Positions 1-12,060 of a stretch of 64,000 nt of DNA are shown here, piece after piece. The notes under the pieces are model-generated. The model was given only the letters and a program-made list of their open reading frames with translations, did not search any database and had not been told where the DNA came from. Made by a program: the position numbers and the translations under genes. Numbering within the stretch: the stretch's first letter is position 1; each line of letters opens with the position of its first letter. The DNA comes from Laetmonice hystrix (lineage: Eukaryota), in the NCBI GenBank assembly GCA_965235115.1, contig OZ249451.1, positions 20,274,001 to 20,338,000 of the forward strand, in the 5' to 3' direction.

Positions 1-975
1 TGTATTAAAGCAGGTCTGAGGGTCGAACACAGGCGTGGGGTTTGGGGGTTTGCGTGCACTGGAGAAACTTGATTGCGGGAGATGGGGGGGGGACTACCAA
101 TGAAAAGCCAATCGAGGTCATGATAGGATGTGGTCGGAGTGGGGGGGGGGCAGTCGGGCAAGCGCCTGTACCCTTCCCCAGTAATCCATACGATCGACTG
201 GCCGATGGCAGGCATAAGCTGAAGTTTAAGGCTCGGGCCATCGTTGTAATAGTAGCCACTGGTCGCCCGCACGGCGGCTTTGCCAGGGGCTGGGATTTCA
301 GACTGTCACTTATGGGCTCTGAGTGCGAAAACTGGGCCATTGCCAGGAAACGCAGCCAAAACTAGGCCATCGCTCCGCTCCAGGCAATGGATGCACCACT
401 GGCAACCAGGCCAAACGTTGGAACGTCACCAATCGTCTGCCTGCCCTTAACCCACGGAAAATGACGGGAAATGGCGGCAACTGCGAAGTGAGCAGCTATG
501 ACAAAGACTTCCATAAAAAGCGATCCTCTTGATGTGTAAAACTAGATCGTTAAAGGTTCGAAACGACATGGCAGACTGCCTTGTTTCTTTCGTTTTGTGA
601 AATATGTAGGTCTGATTCCGAGGAGAAAAATGTGAAAACCTGATCGGGTTACATTATAAGTGTTAGATTTTGGTCGAATTGATCAGTATACAACATACAG
701 TGACCCTCCTAACCTGTACAGCTTAAGGCCAAAGTCATTAGAACGAAATGATCGAATAATGTTGACATGATGAGGCACGAGTCAATATGTCATATATAAA
801 GTTATACAATGAGGTATATATAAATGAGATCCAGTAGTCCCAGCCACGCTGGCTTGGATGGAAATGTGGCACTGTGAAGGTGACTTTATATGCTCGTCTA
901 ACATCACGTTGGAACCTCTATTTTCATCTTCGATGGGAACAAATATATGCTAGATTACTCAATAACAAAGACAGC

Positions 976-1247
976 CGGAGACCGACAGAGACAGAGACAG
1001 ACAGACAGAGCGACACATACAGACAGACAGAGAGACACACAGAGGACCGAGAGAGACAGAGACAGACAGAGACCGAGAGAGACAGAGACAGACAGACAGA
1101 GCGACACATACAGACAGACAGAGAGACACACAGAGGACAGGGACAGACAGAGACAGACAGAGACCGAGAGAGACAGAGACAGACAGACAGCGACACATAC
1201 AGACAGACAGAGAGACACACAGAGGACAGAGACAGACAGAGAACGAC
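976..1247 (+). repeat. GACA/GAGA compound microsatellite running into an assembly gap
   Basis: Repeated gacagagacagacagacagagcgacacatacagacagacagagagacacacagag blocks. Confidence 0.95.
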
Positions 1248-1434
1248 NNNNNNNNNNNNNNNNNNNNNNNNNNNNNNNNNNNNNNNNNNNNNNNNNNNNN
1301 NNNNNNNNNNNNNNNNNNNNNNNNNNNNNNNNNNNNNNNNNNNNNNNNNNNNNNNNNNNNNNNNNNNNNNNNNNNNNNNNNNNNNNNNNNNNNNNNNNNN
1401 NNNNNNNNNNNNNNNNNNNNNNNNNNNNNNNNNN
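1248..1434. other. assembly gap (N run)
   Basis: Ns in sequence. Confidence 1.
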
Positions 1435-1906
1435 CGATCAGAATACTCTTGCCGCTGTTACTGTATTGTTTAGTTATGCATGCCAGCTACCTGTGATGAC
1501 ATTAAATAGACTTCCCCAACATTATAACATTACGAACACTGCGTCCCGCCTGGCCCTGGTACGAGTATCGGCCTATGTCCACATAATTTGCTCTTGCCAG
1601 TAATAGTTCTGTTTGAGGAGATATTTAATACTCGAGATGACAATAATTATGATCGATATAACATTGAGTACCCTGCAGTCCATGTTAGCAGCTGTAGAAA
1701 ATACTCACAAGATGACACAAAACGTGCCACACATATTATAATTTTACATTGTGAAATTTAGGACCCCCCCTTCCCCACCAAACCGAATGTAGGGGGGGGG
1801 GGTACTAATGATGTTTTTGGGGTGTGGCTATTATTTTCTATATCTTTTAAAGATTAAGATTGAAACTTAAGTCTTGACTTGCTTGCATTTATAAATATAT
1901 TTATAC

Positions 1907-1998
1907 GAATGAGTGAATGAATGAATGGCTGGACAGATAGATGAATAAATGAATGGATAGATAGGTGAATGGCTCAATGGATGAATGAATGAATGAAT
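1907..1998 (+). repeat. degenerate (GAAT/GGAT)n microsatellite
   Basis: gaatgagtgaatgaatgaatgg...ggatgaatgaatgaatgaat. Confidence 0.8.
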
Positions 1999-2050
1999 CT
2001 ATAAAGCAGTAACGCCCACTTGTCTGTAAACGCCTCGTGACCAGGTTGTA

Positions 2051-2850
2051 CCAGAATCAAACAGTGCCAGGCGTGTGGCACTCATTCTCTGAACCACAGT
2101 CAGACAGCGCCTGGCGTGTGGCACTGTGGCACTCGTTCCATGAACCAGATTCAGACAGCGCCAGGCGTGTGGCACTCATTCCATGAACCAAAATGAGACA
2201 GTACCAGGCGAGTGACACTCATTCTATGAACCAGAATGAGACAGCGCCTGGCGTGTGGCACTCATTCTATGAACCACAGTCAGACAGCTCCAGGCGTGTG
2301 GCACTCGTTCCATGAACCAGAATGAGACAGCGCCAAGCGTGTGGCACTCATTTCATGAACCAGACTCAGACAGTGCCAGGCGTGTGGCACTCATTCCATG
2401 AACCAGAATGAGACAGTGCCAGGCGTGTGGCACTGTGGCACTCATTCCTTGAACCAGAATGAGACAGCGCCAGGCGTGTGGCACTCATTCCTTGAACCAG
2501 AATGAGACAGTGCCAGGCGTGTGGCACTCATTCCATGAACCAGAATGAGACAGCTTCAGGCGTGTGGCACTCATTCCATGAACCAGAATGAGACAGCGCC
2601 AGGCGTGTGGCACTGTGGCACTCGTTCCATGAACCAGAATGAGACAGTGCCAGGCGTGTGGCACTCGTTCCATGAACCAGACTCAGACAGTGCCAGGCGT
2701 GTGGCACTCATTCCATGAACCAGAATGAGACAGCGCCAGGCGTGTGGCACTCGTTCCATGAACCAGACTCAGACAGTGCCAGGCGTGTGGCACTCATTCC
2801 ATGAACCAGAATCAGACAGCGCCAGGCGTGTGGCACTCGTTCTATGAACC
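2051..2850 (+). repeat. 43-bp minisatellite, ~18 copies, intronic
   Basis: Unit gagacagtgccaggcgtgtggcactcattccatgaaccagaat; some copies carry an 8-bp gtggcact duplication. Confidence 0.95.
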
Positions 2851-4130
2851 AGGCACTCTTGCCTCTTTTAGCCTCAGGAAATGTGCCTCGTTTTCGCACC
2901 TGCTCATGGGCACAGCGTTTGTCTGCTCTTTGGGCGCCATCGGTGAATAATTCACAGCCAAGATCCCCCGTCATCCATCATCGCTCTCAACATGATGTGG
3001 TAAATGTTCAATTTGGCAGTTTTTTGAGCAACGCTAATTTGATAAGTCTTTGTCTTTGACTTAACAAAAAAGAAAAATGAGTTCCGAAGAAAAACATCAA
3101 ACGACACAGAACGGCAGGTGCGTCCATTTTGAGACGTTTAACAAGTCGTAGACAAGTTGGTGCTTCAACGCCTCAATGGCCTGTATGCCTCCTAGTGCCT
3201 CTATAGGTTTGCCTCTGTACCGTAACAATAAGGGCGCCTTGAGGCTGAACTGCTTGCAGTTAATCAGCTCGGCCCTCGCCAACGTGTTGCTCAAGTATGT
3301 GTCACGAATGACTAACAGGCCATAAGTGAGACTTGCCCGATAGCGACGTTGTCTGATGTTGACCTCTGATCGTCCTATGTATCTGCTAGAACGTTTTGTG
3401 TTCGGTCAATATCAGTGCCCGTCTTTAGACGTTATCAATGGCTAATCGATAGCAACACTCGAATGGTGACAGCACCACGGCCTATAGACCCTCCACAAAT
3501 ACGTATTTTTTGCCCTGTTGAAAGACAAGTACCTGAATGAAAGTTACGCTTGCCGACGTGGAGATGTTTGTAATCTGTTGTTATCGGAGATCAACGCTTC
3601 GCCTTATCCGGTCGCCACACGACGTCTGTAGGTGCAATCCAACAGAGTTCTCATATATAGATAACAGGATTATAAGGAGTTCGCTTGATTGACGTGTCGG
3701 TAAGGGGGTCTGCTCTCAAGTACGAGCTATTAAACTCCTTAATTTACAACAGAGCTCGGGTTTGAAGAGAAGTACGTTTGTCTGGAGTCGAGTACTTGAG
3801 TGGGAGTGCGACTTTATATAATTAAACGATATTAATATTCGTGTCAGACGGCTTAAGGTCGTCGCGCCATACTTATTTTGGATTGAGAATATCTTGATCG
3901 GATATCTTTAAGGATAATTACCGATATATAATAGAGGTATACATGTTAGCAGTAGAGCACTATGTTCCTGTTTATTGTTATACTAATAAGTTATGGTTAT
4001 TAAAGTGAGATTTTGGGAGCTGTATTTTAATGCCAATGTTAAAGGAACGAACGAACATGGACTCATCATTATAACATGTAATAATTTTCATATTCTTTGT
4101 TTTCGTTTTTTCTCCCCCTCATTTTTCCAG

Positions 4131-4414
4131 ACGGTCTGAATGGCGTGGAAAGCAAGCGAACACGAACCTCGTACACTAGGCACCAAACGCTGGAACTCGA
4201 GAAAGAGTTCCACTTCAATAGATACCTTACCCGCCGACGAAGGATTGAAATTGCACATGCCCTCAATCTCACAGAGAGACAAATCAAAATTTGGTTTCAA
4301 AACAGAAGAATGAAGTGGAAAAAGGAACACAAATTGGCACATTTGGCGAAGTCACAAGCGCAGAAACTCGACGCGACTGGAGCGCCCATTTTAGACATGG
4401 ATAGAAAATCGTGA
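4131..4414 (+). CDS. Hox5: Hox5/Sex combs reduced homeobox exon (last coding exon; homeodomain 4151-4330)
   Basis: Translates as (D)[93 protein letters not shown]. This is an Antp-class homeodomain; the N-terminal arm RTSYTRHQ and the post-helix KEHKLAH match lophotrochozoan Hox5/Scr as I recall them. Phase-1 splice acceptor at 4130; stop TGA at 4412-4414. Confidence 0.93.
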
Positions 4415-5370
4415 AATGTTTATGATAGAATCTAACTGTCCTCGAATATAAACTGTATACTATATAGCTGATATAAATACTGTGTTGGAGTGACAACTCG
4501 AGGGTTGTTCGTAAAAAGTCTACACATTGCTTCAAACCAAGCTGAATCGAGGTGACCCAAAAAGATCCTCGGTCTAACTATACTCTGTTGAGATTTTACA
4601 GTTTACTGTCGTGGTAATGTATAGGTATAGCTGCACAAGTGAAATCATAATTGTGTGGATGGCGAAGTCGAAAACGAAACATGTTATCGCCTCAAAGTGC
4701 GATGGTATAATAATACACGGAACCAACTAACGTTTTGCCCCAGAGCGAGGCTGGCAGGGACGGAAGCGGAAATGCGTAGGTCTTTGCGATTATGTTCTTA
4801 GATCTGCCCAATGGCCGCGCTCGACACAAGCTTGTGTTGGCTGGCCGAACTTTTACCGACCCTCGTAACCGAACTCTAAACTGGACCTGCTGTTTAACTA
4901 GGCTGCTAGAAAATTGTCTCCCTCTTTGACGACACGCCAGTTATGGTGAGTCAACGTTCTGTACCGTATCGTAAACTACGGTTCGAAGTCTCGGACGTCC
5001 GAGAACAGCTAGAGGTGATTGCGAGAAGTCGTGATGGTGATGTGATGAAAGTAACTGCTATTGTGACGTCACATCCTGTATTGTGATGTTAACGCTGGTG
5101 ATTAGATTATGGTGGGTTTTTTTTGCGAAAGAAGTTGTTCACCTATTAATGTAGTTATAGTAGGAAAAGTAAAAAACAAAAACAAGAAAATCTCACGCTT
5201 CCAAGTCGAAATTCTGGTTACCCGGCGTCCAGGCTAGAGGTCCTCAAAACGAGGTCACATGACTTTGTGATAGTAAGTGTTTCATATTGAAAGTAACTTA
5301 TATACCATAGGATGATGTATGACGATGGTGATGAAGATGATAAAACAATGTAACGTTGGTGTCACAGACA

Positions 5371-6372
5371 CTACAGGGACAGGGTAAAACTGGACGCTGA
5401 GGTGAAAAACTGGGACGGAAGACGAGGCAAGCTGAGTTAGAGATGGATAGATTTAATGCTAACATTATATTGTGTGGTATATAAGGTTATGATCTCTGTG
5501 ACAGAAATAGTGTCTTTCCTCTCGTGCATTTCTCTCGATCAGTTGGTTCTAGTGTTTTATCTGACAGAGCACCTATAGGAACAAAATACCTACTCAAGTG
5601 CTAAGGATTGGTTTTGCCCATAGCACCACTTCTGGTCGGAAAAGCATTTATTATTTTTCATTTTTTTTCCACCTCCAGAATTGATTCCGATTGCAGAGGT
5701 TGATTTGGCACATAAAGCCGTCTAAATCAGGCTTACGTCTTGAAGACTATGGTATGACTCGAACGAGACCATTTTAATGTACAGGCACAGAAATGGTCAC
5801 GCATACAGTATAGAGTCCTCGTCCGCAATGGTCGGGACTATAAAACGTTAGAGAACTAAGTCCTACCCTTTGTGGGACTATAATGAGGTTTCAGGGTATA
5901 TAATGAATTTCATGAAGAGGTCATTTACACTATAAAAGATGACGATATCGCAGTTTTGTTTTTCCCTCTGTGTTTTTTAAAAACAATCTTTTTGACATGC
6001 TGACGTTGTGCCGGCAAACAGGGTAGATTGCACGCAACAAGTTGGCAACCAGGGTAACGTTACGCGTGAGAAAATAGTTCTACTGATGAAAAAAAAATCT
6101 ATGTAAACAACACATACCAATACAAATCAACAAATCGTAGACATTGACAATATTTCATCGTATACTTTTTGTGCTATTCATCAAACAATTAGTTTTCCCA
6201 TGATGGGACCCATTTTTTGACTGTAGTTTTTGAATTATTTTGGAGGAGTTTTCTCCTAGTTCATTGTAGACTTGTAGATATATGCATCCCCCGTATCCTC
6301 CCAGCTAACGCAGCTTTGGGGCATCAGAAAAGAAAGTGAGGCACTAAAACGTCAATAGGTACAGTCAGGGTA
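5371..6372 (+). promoter_or_regulatory. cluster of miR-10-family seed-match sites
   Basis: ACAGGGTA at 5379-5386 and 6018-6025; CAGGGTA at 5892-5898, 6050-6056 and 6366-6372; TACAGGGA at 5372-5379. Confidence 0.6.
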
Positions 6373-6872
6373 AAACTCGCCTTCTCAATCTACACGGTGA
6401 AGCGAATTTTGACAATCCACCCAAAGCGTTAGTAACACTCGCCGACCGTTTTTGGTCCGCGGTTTTTGCAACACGCAGCCTGAAGGAAAGGGTAACTTTA
6501 ACTAAGGCTCAAAGGGTACATTTTAATATAGGTAATGATAATATTAATGGCGATGATGATGATGATGATGATAATATGATTGGATGTTTGTAGTCGCTAC
6601 ATAGTTTTCTATATTTATTAACAATGTTGAAAGCTCTTTCGAAGTGGATGTTCGTGTAGTAGCCGGCGATTATAATCCTAGGATGAGTCGGTCTATACCC
6701 ATGTCCCCGGATATTATGTGATGTTGTTGACACCCCTAACGTTTCCACCGTTGTACTTCCCACTTTAACCCAAGGACCGGTATATTCTGCTACAAACTTC
6801 CTCCCGTGTGAAGGACTCCTGTAAAACTCTAGTTCTCCCATGGGACTCGCTGGTCTAGAACTCCTGAAGAAT

Positions 6873-7060
6873 GATATCAGAACCTTTGGAATCAACACTT
6901 GATTTCAAGGATATCAGAGTATTTGGAATCAACACTTGATTTCAAGGATATCAGAGTATTTGGAATCAACACTTGATTTCAAGGATATCAGAGTATTTGG
7001 AATCAACACTTGATTTCAAGGATATCAGAGTATTGGGAATCAACACTTGATTTCAAGGAT
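6873..7060 (+). repeat. 37-bp tandem repeat, 5 copies
   Basis: Unit gatatcagagtatttggaatcaacacttgatttcaag starting at 6873, 6910, 6947, 6984 and 7021. Confidence 0.95.
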
Positions 7061-7182
7061 TTGTTGAAGGACATATAAGTAGATTTTGGTGCTGCTCGAT
7101 GGGCCATATGTATGTTGGTCCCACAAAAAGGTAACAGTAGGGTACGAGAGAAAAACATGTTCAAAGGGTATATTTTATCTCA

Positions 7183-7188
7183 AATAAA
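7183..7188 (+). terminator. candidate polyadenylation signal for Hox5
   Basis: First AATAAA after the Hox5 stop codon; weaker variant hexamers occur earlier. Confidence 0.35.
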
Positions 7189-7620
7189 CGTTCGAGTCAA
7201 GCGAAGCAAATCATATTAGATAAATTGTATCGTAAATAATTTAGCACCACTTTGACACAGCTTTAGGGTTTAGTCTTCATTTCAACTAGGGACGTTAACG
7301 GGGAAAAACCGGGAAAACAACGCACATGTTAACTGAGTTATTTTTGTATGTTTTCAAGTGAATGGGTTCTCTGGCTATAATATGTCTGTGTCCAGATCTT
7401 CCTTGCTCGCATGTAGCCATACTTCAGTGACACTACATGATCATTTTGTACTTCATTGTTGTGATTCGTGTACCGTGGAAGTCGGAGAACTACAGAAGGA
7501 AACGGAATGATTTCGTCTCGGTCGACTTGGACATATATTTGTATGTACATGTATATGCGTCTTGCTCAGAGCGACGTGGAGAATGTAACGCACAGGTTTA
7601 TTGTATTGGTCGTAGAGCTG

Positions 7621-7650
7621 ATGATGATGATGGTGATGATGATGATGATG
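7621..7650 (+). repeat. (GAT)n microsatellite
   Basis: atgatgatgatggtgatgatgatgatgatg. Confidence 0.9.
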
Positions 7651-9433
7651 AAAGAGTATACAAGTATTATTATATACCATACGACAGGCGCGAAGGTCAT
7701 GGTCATTGACATATCTATTAAGATGATGTTGTTGTCGTCCTTAACTATTAATTAACACATTTGCTATACTACAATTTTAAACTGACTGATGATTATATTA
7801 TACTGCCACTTTGGAAGGAGTCGACATGTTCTGCAAATCCTGCAGAAGCAGTACAAATCGTGATTGTGACCCCCCTCCCTCCCAATCAACCCCCTTTTTT
7901 GTCAAAAAGTTTCCCTTTAAACTAAAGACTGTCCTCGCGCGATACCGAAACCCGAGGGTACGTGTGTCTGTGAAAAATGTCTCCCATTGTCAAGTACATA
8001 GCCTGTACATAAATGTAGGTATAGCAGCCCTATGTATTCCTGTTGTATAAAGTTTACAATAAACAGTCATTGCCATAACCTAGAGACTTGTATCATTAGT
8101 AGTAGTAGAACTTGGGTAACATTAGTAGTAGAACTTTGGTATCATTATGCAGTAGTGGTAGACTTTCGTTTTCTCGACACAAAATAACGTTCTGTGAAAT
8201 ATGAAACTATCACAAATATATGTAAGACGTTCCGCTGCCCCCCCCCCCCCCAGCCCAAACGTAAGTGAACACTTCTGAATAATTCTGGACATTTCTGTTA
8301 TCTTTACCGAGGGGGGCTTTGAGGTTTTGTGCTTACCATAATTATTCCTTACTTGTCAAAATGGTCACAAAAAGAAATCAAGTGAAAATACAAATCATCG
8401 GGTCTTTTAATACGTAGGTGTTAAACTCATACATTATGTAAACAGGCGTTTTAACATAGTAACCTACTGGTATTTGGGAAATAATGAGTTTGTGGATGGC
8501 CACCCAAGTTGAAGCTATTTATTAGTATTAGGCCCCTATTTATCGACACTGAAACAAAAGTCAACGGCCTGTTTCTCTTAACAGCTTCAATTTTTTTTGC
8601 ATAATATTCAAATAATTATGCTAAAATATGTAGGGTTGGATTAATCAAAACCCAAGGTGTCAGTACTCACAACTAGTCCAGTATAACTTTTAGAAAACAA
8701 CCCCGACAAAAATACCATCACGAGACAATAAACCCTGTCTGTACCCAGGTTTTCTCAAAGGGGCCCAAGAACTTTTTTGGGGTTCTTTTGTTATGCAAAA
8801 TTTAAAATGAAACCTCTGGCGTTCCATAATAACAGGGTGTTCGACTTAAAATATACAGCTGGCGCAGCAGTGAAAAGACGTTTATAAATAGATGTCCAAC
8901 TGATTTTAACAGTGTTAAGGGTCTAGCATCTCGCTTGTCAGAAACCCTACTGAGAAATTGCACCTTCTTCTTTAGATTTGTTGTTCTATGCAGTCAAAAA
9001 GGTCACAATAATCCATAAAAAAATATTTTACACTTCAGCTTCTTGTCATGAATGAGAGTGGCCACCCGCACCGGCCAATTCTATAATTGTAGGTGTTTTA
9101 CCTGATTATCGTGTTTGTAAAGTCAAGTTTGTAAAACGAAGTTTGTAAAGCGAAGTTTCACCGCCATAGAAAGCGCCATCTCGGTCACCACTTGGTGGAC
9201 GATGACAGAACACCCGCGCCCCCAGTGGCCACTGTGGTAGTAGGCCACCATGGACATGGCGTTCTCAAGACGCTCCGAGATTCCGTGACAAGACTTTCGG
9301 CAACTTACTCAGGCTGGTTTTATTTATTTATTTTTTCTAAATGATTTTTTTTTTTCGATAAAAAAAACATGCTTGGTTAAATAAAATATTAAATGAGAGG
9401 ATGTCAATTCCCACAGAATAACATTTTTTTTCT

Positions 9434-9569
9434 NNNNNNNNNNNNNNNNNNNNNNNNNNNNNNNNNNNNNNNNNNNNNNNNNNNNNNNNNNNNNNNNNNN
9501 NNNNNNNNNNNNNNNNNNNNNNNNNNNNNNNNNNNNNNNNNNNNNNNNNNNNNNNNNNNNNNNNNNNNN
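9434..9569. other. assembly gap (N run)
   Basis: Ns in sequence. Confidence 1.
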
Positions 9570-9666
9570 CCAATGCTTTCCCTTGTCGACTTGTTTTATC
9601 ATTTATGGCATCATATCTGACCCGAAGAAAACGCAAACGATTGGAATCCGTTGCAAGGAAACCGAT

Positions 9667-9799
9667 NNNNNNNNNNNNNNNNNNNNNNNNNNNNNNNNNN
9701 NNNNNNNNNNNNNNNNNNNNNNNNNNNNNNNNNNNNNNNNNNNNNNNNNNNNNNNNNNNNNNNNNNNNNNNNNNNNNNNNNNNNNNNNNNNNNNNNNNN
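9667..9799. other. assembly gap (N run)
   Basis: Ns in sequence. Confidence 1.
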
Positions 9800-10354
9800 G
9801 GACAGAAATAGCGAGGGAGAACTAGAAATGTGATAAGACTAGTGATATGAGAACTCTCGTTACTCACACGTAGGTTACTAATATTTGAATGGTCCCTGTT
9901 AGTATTTGTTTGTCATCAATCAATGTTGAATTATATTGAGAAATGTTTCTCCGAGGGATTACTCGATAATCTGTAATTGGATATAATAACATATTGGCAT
10001 TCACTCCCAAGAATAATGTGGTGAAAGTGTTTAGAAATATCAGCGAGGAATCCGATATGGTTTCAATATTAATCAAGGCTGCCTGTACTGACTGCATTAT
10101 CTCGGCCACGGAAAGGTATTGATCTAAGCTGTAATTTCACGCTGTGACACATTCTGCTTTCCATAATTCATATCATGCTCCAGTCTCATAAACTAATATT
10201 AAAACAGGGCCGGTCGCGACGGAGCATGACGGTGGGTGCGAGGTAAAATATGTGCCCTGGTCTCCCACAGGATGTGTCGTAAACCTGTCAAACTCGCTGA
10301 CAAATTACCCGGGTTATTACGTAACAATGCCATTACTCCGCCAGGCGGCAATAT

Positions 10355-10472
10355 ATTGGTCAATGTTAGTCACGTGACGAGGAAGGAGGCGGTATTTTGA
10401 TTGGCTGGTTGGGTCGTGGAGGCGTGACGGGCGGGGCGCTGAGAGGTGTGAGTTGTCAGGACGGTTTGACAG
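10355..10472. promoter_or_regulatory. promoter-like module (2x CCAAT, palindromic E-box, GC box, Meis site)
   Basis: ATTGG 10355-10359 and 10400-10404; GTCACGTGAC 10369-10378; GGGCGGGGC 10429-10437; TGACAG 10467-10472. Confidence 0.4.
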
Positions 10473-11780
10473 TTGTAATGTCCAGTGTAAGTTACAAGCC
10501 TGACCACCCCCTGCCCAGGCCCACGGACCGGCGTTCGTACACTGACGGGCAACCATATCATATTACACTGCCTCCTTTTGGCTGGTGAACCAAGAAACAC
10601 CAAGATGGCCTCTAGGCTTGCAACCTGTCTTCCTCTCAAATAAATTGCCCTCCACTATCTTAACGGGTTATAACCCTAGTCGAATCATTATCCTGTAGCA
10701 GAACATCGCACAAACCCAGACAAAATTACCGCCAATATTATAGCTTTCAAACATTGCGCTGAACGTTTCGCGCCAAATATCCGTGCTACAAGCGCCAATA
10801 GGTTCGACATGAAGCCATGCAGGGGGGGGGGGGAGAGGTTGGCAAGGCAGTTCATTAAATTACTTTGACGTATGGGGAATGGGTTCACCCTATCTTGTCT
10901 CGTACCAAAGAAGTGCGCAGCGGGGACTAATTCAAAGATTACTCTTTCGGCAAATTACAACGCATGGAGAGTGCGCCTGCACAGACTGAGGGCGGAATCC
11001 GTTTCTCCTCTATGACAGTAACTCTGATTTAGTGGTCGCCAGTAAAGTGCACGATAATTGCGCGCTTTTCTGGGCACCCGCCTGAGGAAACCGCTCCTCC
11101 GTCTGCTCCTTTGCGTTCACATCTCCAACTTCCGAAACGCTCTCCCTCTGCCATTTCCGGCCTGCCCGAACCGAACGACCTCAAACCCTTTTGATCACGC
11201 ATTGGAGAATGTGTCTTCAACAAGGAAGGTTACGGCCGATTGAAAGTGCAAACTGTTAAAGGAAATGTAATCTTTGTTGGGGCAGTGGTAGCTTTCAAAC
11301 ATGTGTTGTTAAAGTTATGTCGAACCAAAGTTTCTAAACTTAATCCTAAAGAAAGCGCTACAGTTTTCGAGCGAATATTAAATCGATGTCTTGTTTTCTC
11401 TTTGATATGCTACTTTGGGTCTATAATTCTAACAGTTTTTCGCCCTTGTTGTATCGATATGTCCAGCAAAGGTTTCCATCTCAAACATTTGAACGCCAGC
11501 GCCACTCGGCGGCAACCGGAAGTTTCCAGTAGCAGCAGACGACATTTTACATTCACGCCCGAGGCTTGCATTTTCAATTTGCGCACAGCGAGAACCGGTG
11601 CTCCTGTGCCCGTAAGTGACCACAAAGTGGTAAATACTTCACGCAAACTTATACAACAGTAATATTTAAGTCAAGTTGTAAAATATATAAGAGAAATAAG
11701 ATGAAATGGAAAGAACAGTCGCCTACCTCCTGTAGAATATGACGTGAAGCTGTTGTTTAGACCATGGACATGACGGCAAC

Positions 11781-12060
11781 TGACAGGGGGGAAATTAGGG
11801 TTCATCATATCACGACATAGTTGATTTATTTTATGATCTGTCCACGAATAAAAATGCAGCAGGGCGCTATGAATATGCAATGAGTTGATGTGGCGGGGTT
11901 TTTACGATTTACTGATTTGGATAAGTCGTCCATTCATGCGGGATGACCGTTTGGGGGCGGTGACCCATTATCTACGAGTCGTTTGATTGGTCAGCGGTCG
12001 AGATCAAAAGTTTTTAATGGGACGCTGATGCGGCAAAGCATGTCGCTTAATGTCCATAAA
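11781..12060. promoter_or_regulatory. candidate Hox/TALE enhancer
   Basis: TGACAG 11781-11786; TGATTTAT 11822-11829; TTTTTACGATTTAC near 11899-11912; GC box near 11953; GATTGG near 11985. Confidence 0.35.

Larger units (their letters stand above)
1..4130 (+). other. 3' part of the Hox5 intron (between the hexapeptide exon and the homeobox exon)
   Basis: Ends in a polypyrimidine tract plus CAG (ttttttctccccctcatttttccAG, AG at 4129-4130) directly before the homeobox frame. I found no YPWM-coding exon in 1-4130, so exon 1 is inferred to lie upstream. Confidence 0.8.
4415..7210 (+). other. putative Hox5 3'UTR (~2.8 kb)
   Basis: The first canonical AATAAA I found downstream of the stop is at 7183-7188. 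The interval contains clustered miR-10 seed matches. The end point is inferred. Confidence 0.45.

Noticed and set aside
2051-2850. CRISPR-like appearance of palindromic 37-52 bp repeats (also 6873, 22906, 54122)
   Set aside because: Units are head-to-tail with no unique spacers, there are no cas genes, and the context is eukaryotic.
7453-7755. Poly-His, poly-Met and poly-Asp ORFs
   Set aside because: Frames of a (GAT)n microsatellite.
9172-9240. CTCF-like half matches (also 11489, 49242, 52845)
   Set aside because: Only the 3' half of the motif matches, or spacing is off by one.
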